From contig CAZNWB010000006.1 in NCBI GenBank assembly GCA_964576535.1, forward strand, positions 1,088-65,087: DNA of 64,000 nt. The letters run 5' to 3'. A model generated the notes under the pieces. That model was not told the DNA's origin and made no database searches. It was given only the letters and a program-made list of their open reading frames with translations. This document shows, piece by piece, positions 27,981 through 36,891 of the stretch (position 1 is the stretch's first letter; each line of letters opens with the position of its first letter). The translations under genes and the position numbers were made by a program. The DNA is from an uncultured bacterium. GTDB lineage: Bacteria > Methylomirabilota > Methylomirabilia > Methylomirabilales > 2-02-FULL-66-22.

Positions 27981-28029
27981 ATTGGGTGTTCGATCCTCAG
28001 CGGTGGAATGGGCCCGCGGCCATACATTG

Positions 28030-28275
28030 ATGAACGCCAGCAGGGCCATGCGGCATCGGAAATCATCGCCGGAGGGGAGACGCGAGCGACTGCTGCGGCG
28101 CCATTTCCCGGACGCCGAGGAGTACCTGGTGAGGATTCCCGGGGCCATCCCTGACCTCATCGACTCCTACGCCCTTCTCTGGACGGCCCGGAGGATTGCA
28201 CGCCAGCAAGCGGTGGTTCTTCCCCCGGACCCGGAAATGGACGCGCGCGGTCTTCGCGCCGAGATCGTCGCTTGA
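28030..28275 (+). pseudogene. possible C-terminal remnant of a DUF429 (RNase-H-like) gene
   Basis: 81-aa ORF resembling only the C-terminal end of DUF429 proteins (PDLIDSYALLWTARRIA...GLRAEIV); family pattern recalled from memory. Confidence 0.35.
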
Positions 28276-28310
28276 GGGATGATGCGGTTTCTACCGGTTG
28301 GTGGGTCTCG

Positions 28311-28350
28311 AAAAAAGCATGCGGGAGGGGTCTTTCGACCTCTCCCGCAT
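28311..28350 (-). terminator. rho-independent terminator of the transketolase-like gene
   Basis: stem ATGCGGGAGGGGTC/GACCTCTCCCGCAT (one G-U), 4-nt loop; plus-strand AAAAAA at 28311-28316 gives a U-run on the minus-strand transcript; about 45 nt after the stop at 28396. Confidence 0.7.
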
Positions 28351-28395
28351 CCCAGGAACGAGCCGCCAGTCGAAGAAAGATAGTAGCCGTCGTTC

Positions 28396-30846
28396 CTAAC
28401 CCCGCCGGCGCGCCGTTGCTTGCGACTTGCGGCGCACACGTTTCCCGCCTCCGGCAGGACCGGCTCCCATGGCCACCTTGCCCTTGGGTCGGAGGGCGTC
28501 CAGGTACCTCTTGATGGTGCGATACTGGCTCTTGCCGTCCAGACCCGCCTCCGCCAGCACCATCTCGCCCTGACCGCTCCCGAGGAAGTGCCCCTTGCGG
28601 AACGGGTGGAGCGTCAGGGAGCGACCCAGATCGGACTTCACCCACCGGAACATGGTGGGCAGGGTAAAGCCGGTGATCCCCATGGCCTCCAGGGCCCGCT
28701 CCTCGGGGAAGATCTGGCGCTGTTTGACGGCGGGGAGCAGGTCGAAGAGCTCCGCGCTGGACACGTAGTAGACCCAGAGGTCCAGCCCGCCCTTGTCGAT
28801 CAGCGGCAGGGCCTCTTGGAGGAACGCATACGTGGCCGCGCTCTCCTGCAGGACCAGCGTCCCCTCCCCCTTTCCGCGAGGCTTCCGCAACAGGTAGACG
28901 CCGCTGACGGCATCCTCCACCGGCGCCAACCCGAGTGCCGCCCGGTCCAGGACCTTCTCGTTGGGCCGCGTCACGAAGGGGGCGATGAGCGCGGGCCGCC
29001 TTGCGAGCGCGGCCGCAAGCAGCGGGAAGTTCTCCTGGGGGTCCCACGGCGTCAGCGTGATGGCCGTCCCCCGCGGGAAGTTCTCCTGAAGGATCTGGAG
29101 CGGCTGCGGATCGGCATGGGTCGGGCCATCCTCGCCCGTCTTCAGGCCGGCGTGGGCGCAGATGATGATCATCGGCCGGTAGGGTTCTCCGGTCAGGGCG
29201 TGGCGCGCCTGGGCGCCGATGGCATGCAGGCGCGCGGCGATGTGGCTCAGCGGAGCGATGAAGGCGCCATACGAGGAACCGACGCCGATGTGATGGCCGA
29301 ACGTCGAGAGGCCGGCCAGGACCCCCGACATCCCGTCCTCACAGATCCCGCCGATGGACAGGATCCGCGGAGCCGGGTTCTTGACGGCGTTCCAGTACCC
29401 GTCACCGAACCCTGCCCCCGTGACATTCACGCTGGTCGAGCCCAAGAGGTCGGCGGCCGCGGCGAAGATCGCCCCGCCGGACACCTGGTTGAAGTGCTGC
29501 AAGGCCCGTCCCAACTCGGCCCGCAGCGTGGTGACCGCCCCGGGCTTGAGCCGGAGTTCCGCGGGGGTGCCGGGACCCTTTGCGGCCAGCTGGTAGACGG
29601 CGTCCACCTTCGGCGCGTTCGGTCGAGGCCTGCGGTTCAGCCGGTTGAGTCGATCGCGGGCCGCGACCAGCCGGGCGACCAGGGCTTGAGCCGCCGGGCG
29701 GCTGTCCTCGATCACCTTGCGCACGATCTGGAGGGATTCCCAGAAGCACTGCTCCAGGATGGCGGCGCCGTCATCGCTCGTCTGGCACCGCTGTTTCCCG
29801 GCCTCACAGGTGGGAACCATCATGTCCGCCTTGCCGGTCAGGTCCGCCAGCGCCTGACAGAAACCGTCGGAGCACAGCTTGTGGCCGGCACCGTGTGCGG
29901 CCTTGCCTTCGACCCCGTACTGCCAGCCCTTGACCGTGCGGTAGATGACCGCGGTGGGCTGGCCGTTGCTGAGCCCCACCGCGGCGCGCTGGGCGGCAAT
30001 GACCTGCTGGAAGTCCTTTCCGTCCGGGACAAAGACCACGTTCCAGTCGTGGAGGTGAAACAGCTCCATGGGGGTCCATTGAACGTAGTCACCGGGTTGG
30101 CTGCCTTCCCGGCAGACGCGGTTGGAGTCGATGGATGCCTGGTTCCAGTCCAGGTGCAGGATCGCATTTCCCAGGGATGCGGTGCCGGCCGCCGCCAGCA
30201 CTTCATAGACGCGACCGGGGGTCAATCCTCCTTCGCCCTCCACGATGTGGATGCGGGGGGCGTTTGCGCCATAGTAATCCTTCGCCCCAAAGGCGAGCCC
30301 CAGCGAGCTGGCGACCCCCACGCCGGAGGCCCCGGTCGAGAGCCGGATGAACGGCGTCTGAGGGGTTGGATGGCCATCCAGGGCCTTGGCGCGAAACTTG
30401 GTGAAGAGGGGGGTCTGCGTGATGGGATTGCGGCGGAAGCCCAGGAGATCCTCCAGGCGCAGGCGGAACTTCACGTCCTTGGGCAGCAGATCGGGTGCGT
30501 GGAGGCGCGCGATCTCGTCCCGGATCGCCCACATCGCGTACAGGCCCATGGCTTTGTGTCCGGCGGCATAGGAGATGATGTCGGCGTCCTCCCGATCGGG
30601 CTGCGCCAGATCGTAGTTCACCGCGTCGAAGAGCAGCCCGGCCACGAAGCGTCCGGAGGAAATCGACCCTCCCGGGTGTCCGGACATCGGCACGTAGTTG
30701 TACAAGAGGGCACACAGCGAGCGATAAACGAGGTCCAGGGTTTCGAAGTGGCCGATCTCCTCGGGCGAGAGGGGCGGCTTCTCGGATTTCAGAAGGGTGG
30801 TCACATCCGCATACGTTCCGCGTCTCGGCCCAAACTCGAATGCCAT
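28396..30846 (-). CDS. transketolase-like thiamine-diphosphate enzyme (long form)
   Basis: 816 aa from ATG 30846 (GGAGG upstream; ORF opens at 31032); SGHPGGSIS, GHKAMGLYA, VEGEGGLTPGRV and LDWNQASID; Lys/Arg-rich ~30-aa tail. Confidence 0.8.
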   Translation of the reverse strand: MAFEFGPRRGTYADVTTLLKSEKPPLSPEEIGHFETLDLVYRSLCALLYNYVPMSGHPGGSISSGRFVAGLLFDAVNYDLAQPDREDADIISYAAGHKAMGLYAMWAIRDEIARLHAPDLLPKDVKFRLRLEDLLGFRRNPITQTPLFTKFRAKALDGHPTPQTPFIRLSTGASGVGVASSLGLAFGAKDYYGANAPRIHIVEGEGGLTPGRVYEVLAAAGTASLGNAILHLDWNQASIDSNRVCREGSQPGDYVQWTPMELFHLHDWNVVFVPDGKDFQQVIAAQRAAVGLSNGQPTAVIYRTVKGWQYGVEGKAAHGAGHKLCSDGFCQALADLTGKADMMVPTCEAGKQRCQTSDDGAAILEQCFWESLQIVRKVIEDSRPAAQALVARLVAARDRLNRLNRRPRPNAPKVDAVYQLAAKGPGTPAELRLKPGAVTTLRAELGRALQHFNQVSGGAIFAAAADLLGSTSVNVTGAGFGDGYWNAVKNPAPRILSIGGICEDGMSGVLAGLSTFGHHIGVGSSYGAFIAPLSHIAARLHAIGAQARHALTGEPYRPMIIICAHAGLKTGEDGPTHADPQPLQILQENFPRGTAITLTPWDPQENFPLLAAALARRPALIAPFVTRPNEKVLDRAALGLAPVEDAVSGVYLLRKPRGKGEGTLVLQESAATYAFLQEALPLIDKGGLDLWVYYVSSAELFDLLPAVKQRQIFPEERALEAMGITGFTLPTMFRWVKSDLGRSLTLHPFRKGHFLGSGQGEMVLAEAGLDGKSQYRTIKRYLDALRPKGKVAMGAGPAGGGKRVRRKSQATARRRG

Positions 30847-31185
30847 ACCGAGCCTCCTTTCTGGCTGGTGAGCCACGTGTTGAACGCGGCCGATTTCGAC
30901 AGGGGTTGACCGTGCGGTCCGGGGCCGTCCGGGCAGAAAACGGGGCCCACGGATCCGAGCCGCCTGACCGATGCTGCCAAGATAGAATTTTCCGGGAAGG
31001 GCTCGCAATCGTTTTTCACGGATTGGAAGCAAAGTAGGACAGCGGGGGGGGTCGAGGCGGCGGCCGCCAGTCTCGGCCGGGGCCTGTGCCCCGGAACGGA
31101 GGTGTCCCGGGACGACGTTGCGGGCGCGGGCAGGTGGGTACCGGTCACGCGGCGGGGGGACGAGCGGGCAGATCGGATGAGAAGA

Positions 31186-32622
31186 TCAACAACTGAGGGG
31201 GCGGACAATCACGGTGTTGCCACCCTTGGACTGCGCCTCGTGGAGAGCGGCCAGGCTGGCCTGGACCAGATCGGCGGCGCCGTCCGGGCCATTCGGGATC
31301 CCCGCGGCCACGCCCAGGCTGATGGTGACCGAGCCGGCCGGGGCGCCGCCGAGGTCTTGGCCCTGGATGGCCGAACGAAGGCGATCGGCTTTCACCCGCG
31401 CTCCCTCCGCGGGAGTGACCGGGAGCATGAGCAAGAGGTGACCGGACGTGTCTCGGCTCAGCAGGTCAGTCTTGCGAAGGTTCGCCTTGACGAACATCGC
31501 CAGGTCCCGCAGAGCCGACTCGGATTCCAGGGGGGCGCCGGGGTCTGGCCCGATGGCGACGCACGACACGGGATGGCGGTGCCGCGAGGCCCTGGCCACC
31601 TCCTCCTCCAATCGTCGGCGGAAGACGTGCAGGTGGTAGACGCCCAGGCGCTCGTCCTCCAGGGCGAACCGCTGCAGGTCCACCTGGTCGAGTTCGAGAT
31701 TCTCGAAGACATGCGCGTTCCGCAGGGCGTTGGCGGCCACCTCGGCCACGAACTGGCAGGTGCGGACGTTCCGCTCGCTGAAGGGACGGGTGGTCCTTGC
31801 GGTGCAGAGCACCAGCGTGCCCACCACGCTGTCCCGCAGGCTGATGGGAAGGACCAGGAGGGAGCGGAAACCGAGGGCGCGCATATTGTCCCGCACTGGG
31901 GCCATGAGCGGGTCCGTATCCACGTCCTGGATCAAGACCAGCTTGCGCTCCTGGACGGCCTGGATGATCTCGGGGTACTGGGTGAGGTCGAGGTGGAACT
32001 TCCGGAAGGGCGCCTGGCTGGAGGCTAATACCAACCCCTGCTGATCATGCTGGCGGATCACGACCAGGGAGCAGCGGGGGGCATCCACCAGCCTCGCCGT
32101 TCCCTCCACGATGATCCGGAAGGTTTCTTCGGAGGGGAGGGCAGAGGTGACCGCCTTGGACATCTCCAGAACGCTGGCCAGGTCCTGTTTTTCTCCCTCG
32201 AGCTCGTCCTGGTACGTCTTGGCCCGCAGGTGCCCCTTCACGCGGGCTAACAGCTCGACCTGGCTCACCGGTTTCACCAGGAAGTCGTCCGCCCCGGCCT
32301 CGAACCCCTTGACCATCTCGGTCTTCCCGCTCGGCTCCGTCATCAGGATGACGGGCAGGTGCTGGCCGCTGGTCGTCTTGCGGACCTGGTGCAAGACGGC
32401 CAGGCCATTGACATCGGGAAGGTGGATGTCCAGCAGGAGCAGGTCCGGGGGGTCGTGCCGGATGCGCCGGAGGACCTGGGGCCCGCTGCCGACCACCCGA
32501 ACGAGATAGCCGGCGCTGGCCAGCAGGTCCCGCAGGAAATTGCGAGAGAGCCGATCCCCGTCGGCCACCAGAATGACCCGCTGCTCGCTCCAGCCCGTCC
32601 CTTGGCCTCCGGGCCGGTTCAC
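31186..32622 (-). CDS. response regulator: REC - GAF-like - degenerate GGDEF
   Basis: GTG 32622 overlaps the kinase stop (GTGA); REC motifs ILVADGD, LLLDIHLPDVNG, FLVKP; the C-terminal GGDEF-like fold has SRDTSGHLLLML where RxGGDEF is expected. Confidence 0.8.
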   Translation of the reverse strand: MNRPGGQGTGWSEQRVILVADGDRLSRNFLRDLLASAGYLVRVVGSGPQVLRRIRHDPPDLLLLDIHLPDVNGLAVLHQVRKTTSGQHLPVILMTEPSGKTEMVKGFEAGADDFLVKPVSQVELLARVKGHLRAKTYQDELEGEKQDLASVLEMSKAVTSALPSEETFRIIVEGTARLVDAPRCSLVVIRQHDQQGLVLASSQAPFRKFHLDLTQYPEIIQAVQERKLVLIQDVDTDPLMAPVRDNMRALGFRSLLVLPISLRDSVVGTLVLCTARTTRPFSERNVRTCQFVAEVAANALRNAHVFENLELDQVDLQRFALEDERLGVYHLHVFRRRLEEEVARASRHRHPVSCVAIGPDPGAPLESESALRDLAMFVKANLRKTDLLSRDTSGHLLLMLPVTPAEGARVKADRLRSAIQGQDLGGAPAGSVTISLGVAAGIPNGPDGAADLVQASLAALHEAQSKGGNTVIVRPLSC

Positions 32623-34364
32623 GCCGACCTCTCTTCGCCGCGGGCGGGACGCTGACGCGCACTGCACTGGGTCCCCCGAAGGTCGGCGTTGAGGTGCGCC
32701 AGGACCTGGAGAATCGCCTTCGCCGTCACAGGCTTGGCCAGGATGGCGTCCACCTCGGGCCGGTGCCGGTCCGCCTCGCTGAGGGTCGCGCCCCATCCCG
32801 TGATCAGGACCACGGGTGTCCGCGGTCGGAGCCGCTTCACGCCCTGGGCGACCTGCCAGCCGCTCATCCCGGGCATTCCGAGGTCGGTAAGGACCACGTC
32901 GAACTTGGAGATCCCGAAGAGCCGAAGCCCCTCCTCGCCCGAGCCCGCCACCGCCACGAAGTGCCCCTCTCGTTGCAGGGCCGCGTAGAGGCTGACCCGA
33001 ATTCCCTCGTCGTCATCGACCACCAGGATCCGGAGGGGTCCAGGCACGGAGACGGATGCCTCGGGCTCCTCGGCCAGCTTGCCCTCGGCCGCCGGAAGCG
33101 TGACTGTGAAGGTTGTCCCGGCCCCGGGGGCCGTCTTGACACTGATGGTGCCGCTGTGGCTCTTCACAATCCCGTAGCTCACGCTGAGCCCCAGGCCCGA
33201 GCCGCCAGGGCCTTTGGTGGTGAAGAACGGATCGAAAATCTGGGCGCGGACCCCCTCGGCCATCCCGATGCCGGTGTCGGCCACGGTGAGCTCCACGCGG
33301 CTGCTATCGGGCAGGCCGCGGGTGGCCAGGCGGAGGATGCCACCCTTGGGCATGGCATCCACCGCGTTCACGATGAGGTTGGTCAGGACCTCCCGGATCT
33401 CGGAGGCGTCCCCCAGCGCCGGTGGGATGTCCCCGAGTTCGGTCTGCACCTCGATGTGGATGTCGGACAGGTGGGCGTCGTCCTTCCACCGGGACTTGGT
33501 GATCTCCAGGCTGTCGCGAACGGCGCTGTTGAGATCGACGGGGCGGAGGTCCGCGGTCTTGGCCGGCCGGGTGAACTCCTGGAGGCGCCGGACGGTGCGG
33601 GCCCCGTCGTGCGCGACGCGTTCGATCACCTCGACGTGGGAGATCCACTTGGGATCCGGAAGCACCTGGCGGAGCAGCTCGGACCGGACCATGATGGTGG
33701 CCAAGATGTTGTTGAAGTCGTGCGCCACCCCCGCGGCCATCTCTCCCAGGGCGGCGAGACGCTCCGTGCTCAGGTGTTGTCCCTGGGATTCCTTCAGCTC
33801 CTGGTAAGACCGTTCGAGGCTGGCCCGCCTTGCCGCCGCGTCCAGGATCGTTCCCAGGTGCGCGGCGATGCCGGCCAGGGATGCCAGGTCGCCCGCTCTC
33901 AGGCGCCAGCATCGGCGCCGCCACAGCACGATGGCTGCGACGGGCCCGTCGGATCCCAAGCATGGGACTCCGACGACGGAGCCCACCTTCTCATTCGCCA
34001 GGGCGAGCGTCCCTGGCTGCCGGCCGCGGCGCGTGTCGGAGATGCAGTGGGCGCCTCCCTGTGTCAGCATCGAGGAGGCAAGGGCGCGAACGGAGCCGGG
34101 CACCGGGTCAGCCTGGGTGTCTCCCGCCTCCGGGATCCCGTCTCCGCTGGCCGTGTGGATCAGGATCTCGCTTTCCGGGAATCCCTTGCACAGGGCATCC
34201 CGGGCGAGGGAGAGGAGCTGCGGCGTCGTGCCTGAGTTCGAGGGAATGCGGCGGAGGGCATCATGAACCTCGGCGCACGTGTGGGTACGGCGCGGCCGCA
34301 CCGGAATTGTTGCGCGGCCTCGCACGTGAGGCGCCTCGGGATGGTTCCTGGACCGCGATCGCAT
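32619..34364 (-). CDS. hybrid sensor histidine kinase (GAF-like, HisKA, HATPase_c, REC)
   Basis: H-box AHDFNNIL, G-boxes DTGIGM and GGSGLGLSVSYGIV, C-terminal receiver ILVVDDDEG...VLTDLGMPGMSG. Confidence 0.85.
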   Translation of the reverse strand: MRSRSRNHPEAPHVRGRATIPVRPRRTHTCAEVHDALRRIPSNSGTTPQLLSLARDALCKGFPESEILIHTASGDGIPEAGDTQADPVPGSVRALASSMLTQGGAHCISDTRRGRQPGTLALANEKVGSVVGVPCLGSDGPVAAIVLWRRRCWRLRAGDLASLAGIAAHLGTILDAAARRASLERSYQELKESQGQHLSTERLAALGEMAAGVAHDFNNILATIMVRSELLRQVLPDPKWISHVEVIERVAHDGARTVRRLQEFTRPAKTADLRPVDLNSAVRDSLEITKSRWKDDAHLSDIHIEVQTELGDIPPALGDASEIREVLTNLIVNAVDAMPKGGILRLATRGLPDSSRVELTVADTGIGMAEGVRAQIFDPFFTTKGPGGSGLGLSVSYGIVKSHSGTISVKTAPGAGTTFTVTLPAAEGKLAEEPEASVSVPGPLRILVVDDDEGIRVSLYAALQREGHFVAVAGSGEEGLRLFGISKFDVVLTDLGMPGMSGWQVAQGVKRLRPRTPVVLITGWGATLSEADRHRPEVDAILAKPVTAKAILQVLAHLNADLRGTQCSARQRPARGEERSA

Positions 34365-34711
34365 ACGCCCTTCGCCCTCGGGAAGTTCCGGAAGGTGCCT
34401 GAGGCAGTTGGCTGCTAAAGAGAAATGGTCCAGCTGGGCGATCCTGGGAACAGAGCGGTGCCCGGAAAGGCGTCAATCTAGCTAAGATTTGCAACCTTTG
34501 TTCCCCCATGTGGAGGAGGTCACGCTGGGGTACAGAGAGGCAGGAACTCGCGGAATATACTGATCTCGTGAGGGGTTCTCCAAGGGGACGCCGCCTCAGG
34601 CAGGGTGCGTCCAGTGGGGCTCATTCCGTCACAGCACGGCCTGCTGAGGCAGAAGCCGTCTGAAATCCCACCAGACAGGAAAAGCGCTCGCCCCACGCGG
34701 GACAGCAGTCT

Positions 34712-35509
34712 CTATTTTGCCCTTGCTCTTTTCTCCCATGGGTAAGGAGTCGCTTGGTCCGGTAGGCTGGCTCCCAGCAGGTCATCCTGCGGGTACGCGT
34801 GGCCCTTGTGCTGGCGATATCCCTCTGCGCAGGCGACGCCGGCCAACGCGCCGCGTTCCCGGCTCCAGCGCCGGGCAGTGTCCAGGTACTCATCCACCCC
34901 GTGATGACTCCGGAGCCACTCGCGCTGGGAGGCATGGCACGCCAGCATGGCGAGCTTGGTGTCCAGGGTGGTGCTGATATCGATCAACAGCCCGGGGAAG
35001 ACAGGATCGCCCAGGGTGTCCTTTCCTTCGATCGGATCGGCGTAATACAGGTGAGGGATTGCCTCGAGCGGACGCGAGCCGGGCGGTGCCGGCGCGTTTG
35101 GGATGGGCGCGCTGAAGGCCGCGGCCCGCGCCACCAGGGAGATCTGCTCGTGGTCCAGCATGTAATCGCTCGGGCCGTGGGTGATGACGAGGCGGGGGCG
35201 GACCTCCCGGAGGAGCCCGCAGGCGGCCACCAGCGTGTCCGCATCGTACCTGACTTGCAGGTCGCGTCGCTCCAGGCAGTGGAACTGCCCGCCCAGCATG
35301 GCGACCGCCGATCGGGCTTCTTGTCGCCGGATGGCGGCGATCGCCTCGGGCTTCAGGGTGGTGGAGCCGCAATCGCCCGGTGTCGCCGTGGCGACATGGA
35401 TTCGCCAGCCTTGCTTGGCCAGCAGCGCCAGGGTGCCGCCGCACAGGAACTCGGCGTCATCCGGATGCGCCATGAGGGTCAGGACAACGTCTTGCGTGAC
35501 CCCTTCCAT
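34712..35509 (-). CDS. PIG-L/LmbE family deacetylase
   Basis: 265 aa; N-terminal VLTLMAHPDDAEFLCGGT motif. Confidence 0.85.
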   Translation of the reverse strand: MEGVTQDVVLTLMAHPDDAEFLCGGTLALLAKQGWRIHVATATPGDCGSTTLKPEAIAAIRRQEARSAVAMLGGQFHCLERRDLQVRYDADTLVAACGLLREVRPRLVITHGPSDYMLDHEQISLVARAAAFSAPIPNAPAPPGSRPLEAIPHLYYADPIEGKDTLGDPVFPGLLIDISTTLDTKLAMLACHASQREWLRSHHGVDEYLDTARRWSRERGALAGVACAEGYRQHKGHAYPQDDLLGASLPDQATPYPWEKRARAK

Positions 35510-35535
35510 GTTTCTTCCTAGTTTGACTCTCTACG

Positions 35536-35907
35536 TCACACGGCGATTCGAACCTCAATTTCCTTGAAGGTGACCCGGGGAACGGTGGTAGGCCGGCCTG
35601 TGGTACCGCGGCTCTTCCTGAGCGATATCAAGCCCAGTTCGGCCAAAGCTCGCACGTCTTCCTGGACATTTTTCGTATCCCGACCCACAAGACGGGAGAG
35701 TCGATATAGGGACTCCGGGCGTTCTCGCCTAGTCACCCGGAGAATCTCCAGGCGCTTGGGAGTGAGAACCTTCCGGGCAGCCTCCAGGCTGGTGAAGTAC
35801 GTCCCGCCTTGCTGCTTGACCTCCTTGCCCTGCTCCAGGGCTTTCCAGGTCTTCCGAAAGTCTTCGAGTGCCTGTCCGATGCCTCGGATTCGGATACGCT
35901 GCCTCAT
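35536..35907 (-). CDS. winged-helix DNA-binding protein, antitoxin-like
   Basis: 123 aa; ATG shares a base with the upstream stop (TAATG); wHTH pattern LTPKRLEILRVTRRERPESLYRLSRLVGRDTKNVQEDVRALAELGLI. Confidence 0.6.
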   Translation of the reverse strand: MRQRIRIRGIGQALEDFRKTWKALEQGKEVKQQGGTYFTSLEAARKVLTPKRLEILRVTRRERPESLYRLSRLVGRDTKNVQEDVRALAELGLISLRKSRGTTGRPTTVPRVTFKEIEVRIAV

Positions 35908-36218
35908 TATCTGCTCTCCTTTCGCGCGGATTTAGCCCGGCGGATATCCGTCTGGAAATCAGCGAGCAACTGATCAACAGACAAGAACTGGTACGGCTCC
36001 TCGACCCCGCCCAGATGCCGGTGGTGCCCTTTCGGATGATGGTTATCGTACAGAATGGCCGGTTGCCTGCTGTCCGCTAGTAGGAAAGCCAGCCGGTACC
36101 GAATGCCTTCCGGGTGCTTGGGTGACCGGGGAACCTGCCAGAGGACCAGCTCTGTCAGGTCTCCGTCCTCATCAATTACCCGCTCCCGGAGGATCAGAAC
36201 GGCCCGCATATATGGCAT
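35907..36218 (-). CDS. DUF6516/TumE-like putative toxin
   Basis: 103 aa; ILYDNHHPKGHHRHLGG resembles the His-rich core I associate with the TumE family; coupled to the downstream wHTH gene. Confidence 0.5.
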   Translation of the reverse strand: MPYMRAVLILRERVIDEDGDLTELVLWQVPRSPKHPEGIRYRLAFLLADSRQPAILYDNHHPKGHHRHLGGVEEPYQFLSVDQLLADFQTDIRRAKSARKESR

Positions 36219-36486
36219 ATCATACCCTATATTGCCTTGGGAGCGCCAGCATTTCTCGCTGCGGCTGGACGGGTCCAGCGGACCCCAGTGTCTCCCGCAT
36301 CAAGGTGGAGGCGTGGACGCGACGGTGCAGGAAATGCGGAATCGAGCCCCTCCGGGGGGGTTGCGGGGGGAAACCTTGAGCGTTTGCCAATCGGCTAAGG
36401 GGTGGGGCAATCGCAGGAAGGTCGGCCGATCTACAATCTCGCAGCGCCAGTCAAAATCCGAAATCCATTATTCGAGGTTGCCTGAC

Positions 36487-36760
36487 CTATCGCGCCAGCA
36501 TCTGCTTGAGGTAGGCGAGGGCGCGGGGGATGCCGGTGGTCTCCGGCGCGTCAACCGACTCGGGGCTCGAGCGGAGCCGGCGGGACGGCGAGGCAGGGGA
36601 AGAACCGACGCGCATGTGGCAGACGGTGAAGACGGTGCCCGCAGCGGGGGGACATGTCGAGTCGAAGCAAGAAATCCTTGGAGGGGCCACGTGGCCGGAG
36701 CCGCGGCCCTGCGGGGTGGCTGAATCATGGACCCCCACGTGAAGCTCGAACACCATGATT
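36487..36760 (-). pseudogene. decayed 3' fragment of a xylose-isomerase-like TIM-barrel gene
   Basis: 36494-36543 is about 46/50 identical to 37906-37955 (3' end of gene 37899..38681); encodes ..ETTGIPRALAYLKQMLAR versus ..EATGIPRALAYLKRMLAG; upstream similarity fades across frames. Confidence 0.55.
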
Positions 36761-36858
36761 CGCTCTCCCTCCCGGCACCACCGCGAGTCAGCCGATTGCT
36801 GCGGCCTGCCTGCGTGTTCTTTCAGCACATTGCAGACGGAGGCTCATCCAGCTCGTGC

Positions 36859-36875
36859 CTGGCACATTTGTTGCC
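36859..36875 (+). promoter_or_regulatory. sigma54-type (-24/-12) promoter candidate
   Basis: CTGGCACATTTGTTGCC matches TGGCAC-N5-TTGC with correct GG/GC spacing; 17 nt upstream of ATG 36892. Confidence 0.4.
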
Positions 36876-36891
36876 CCGATAATCCCCCTGT

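Noticed and set aside
28420-30909. 829-aa plus-strand ORF
   Set aside because: Antisense to the transketolase-like gene; Arg/Gly/Asp/Pro-rich; no motifs.
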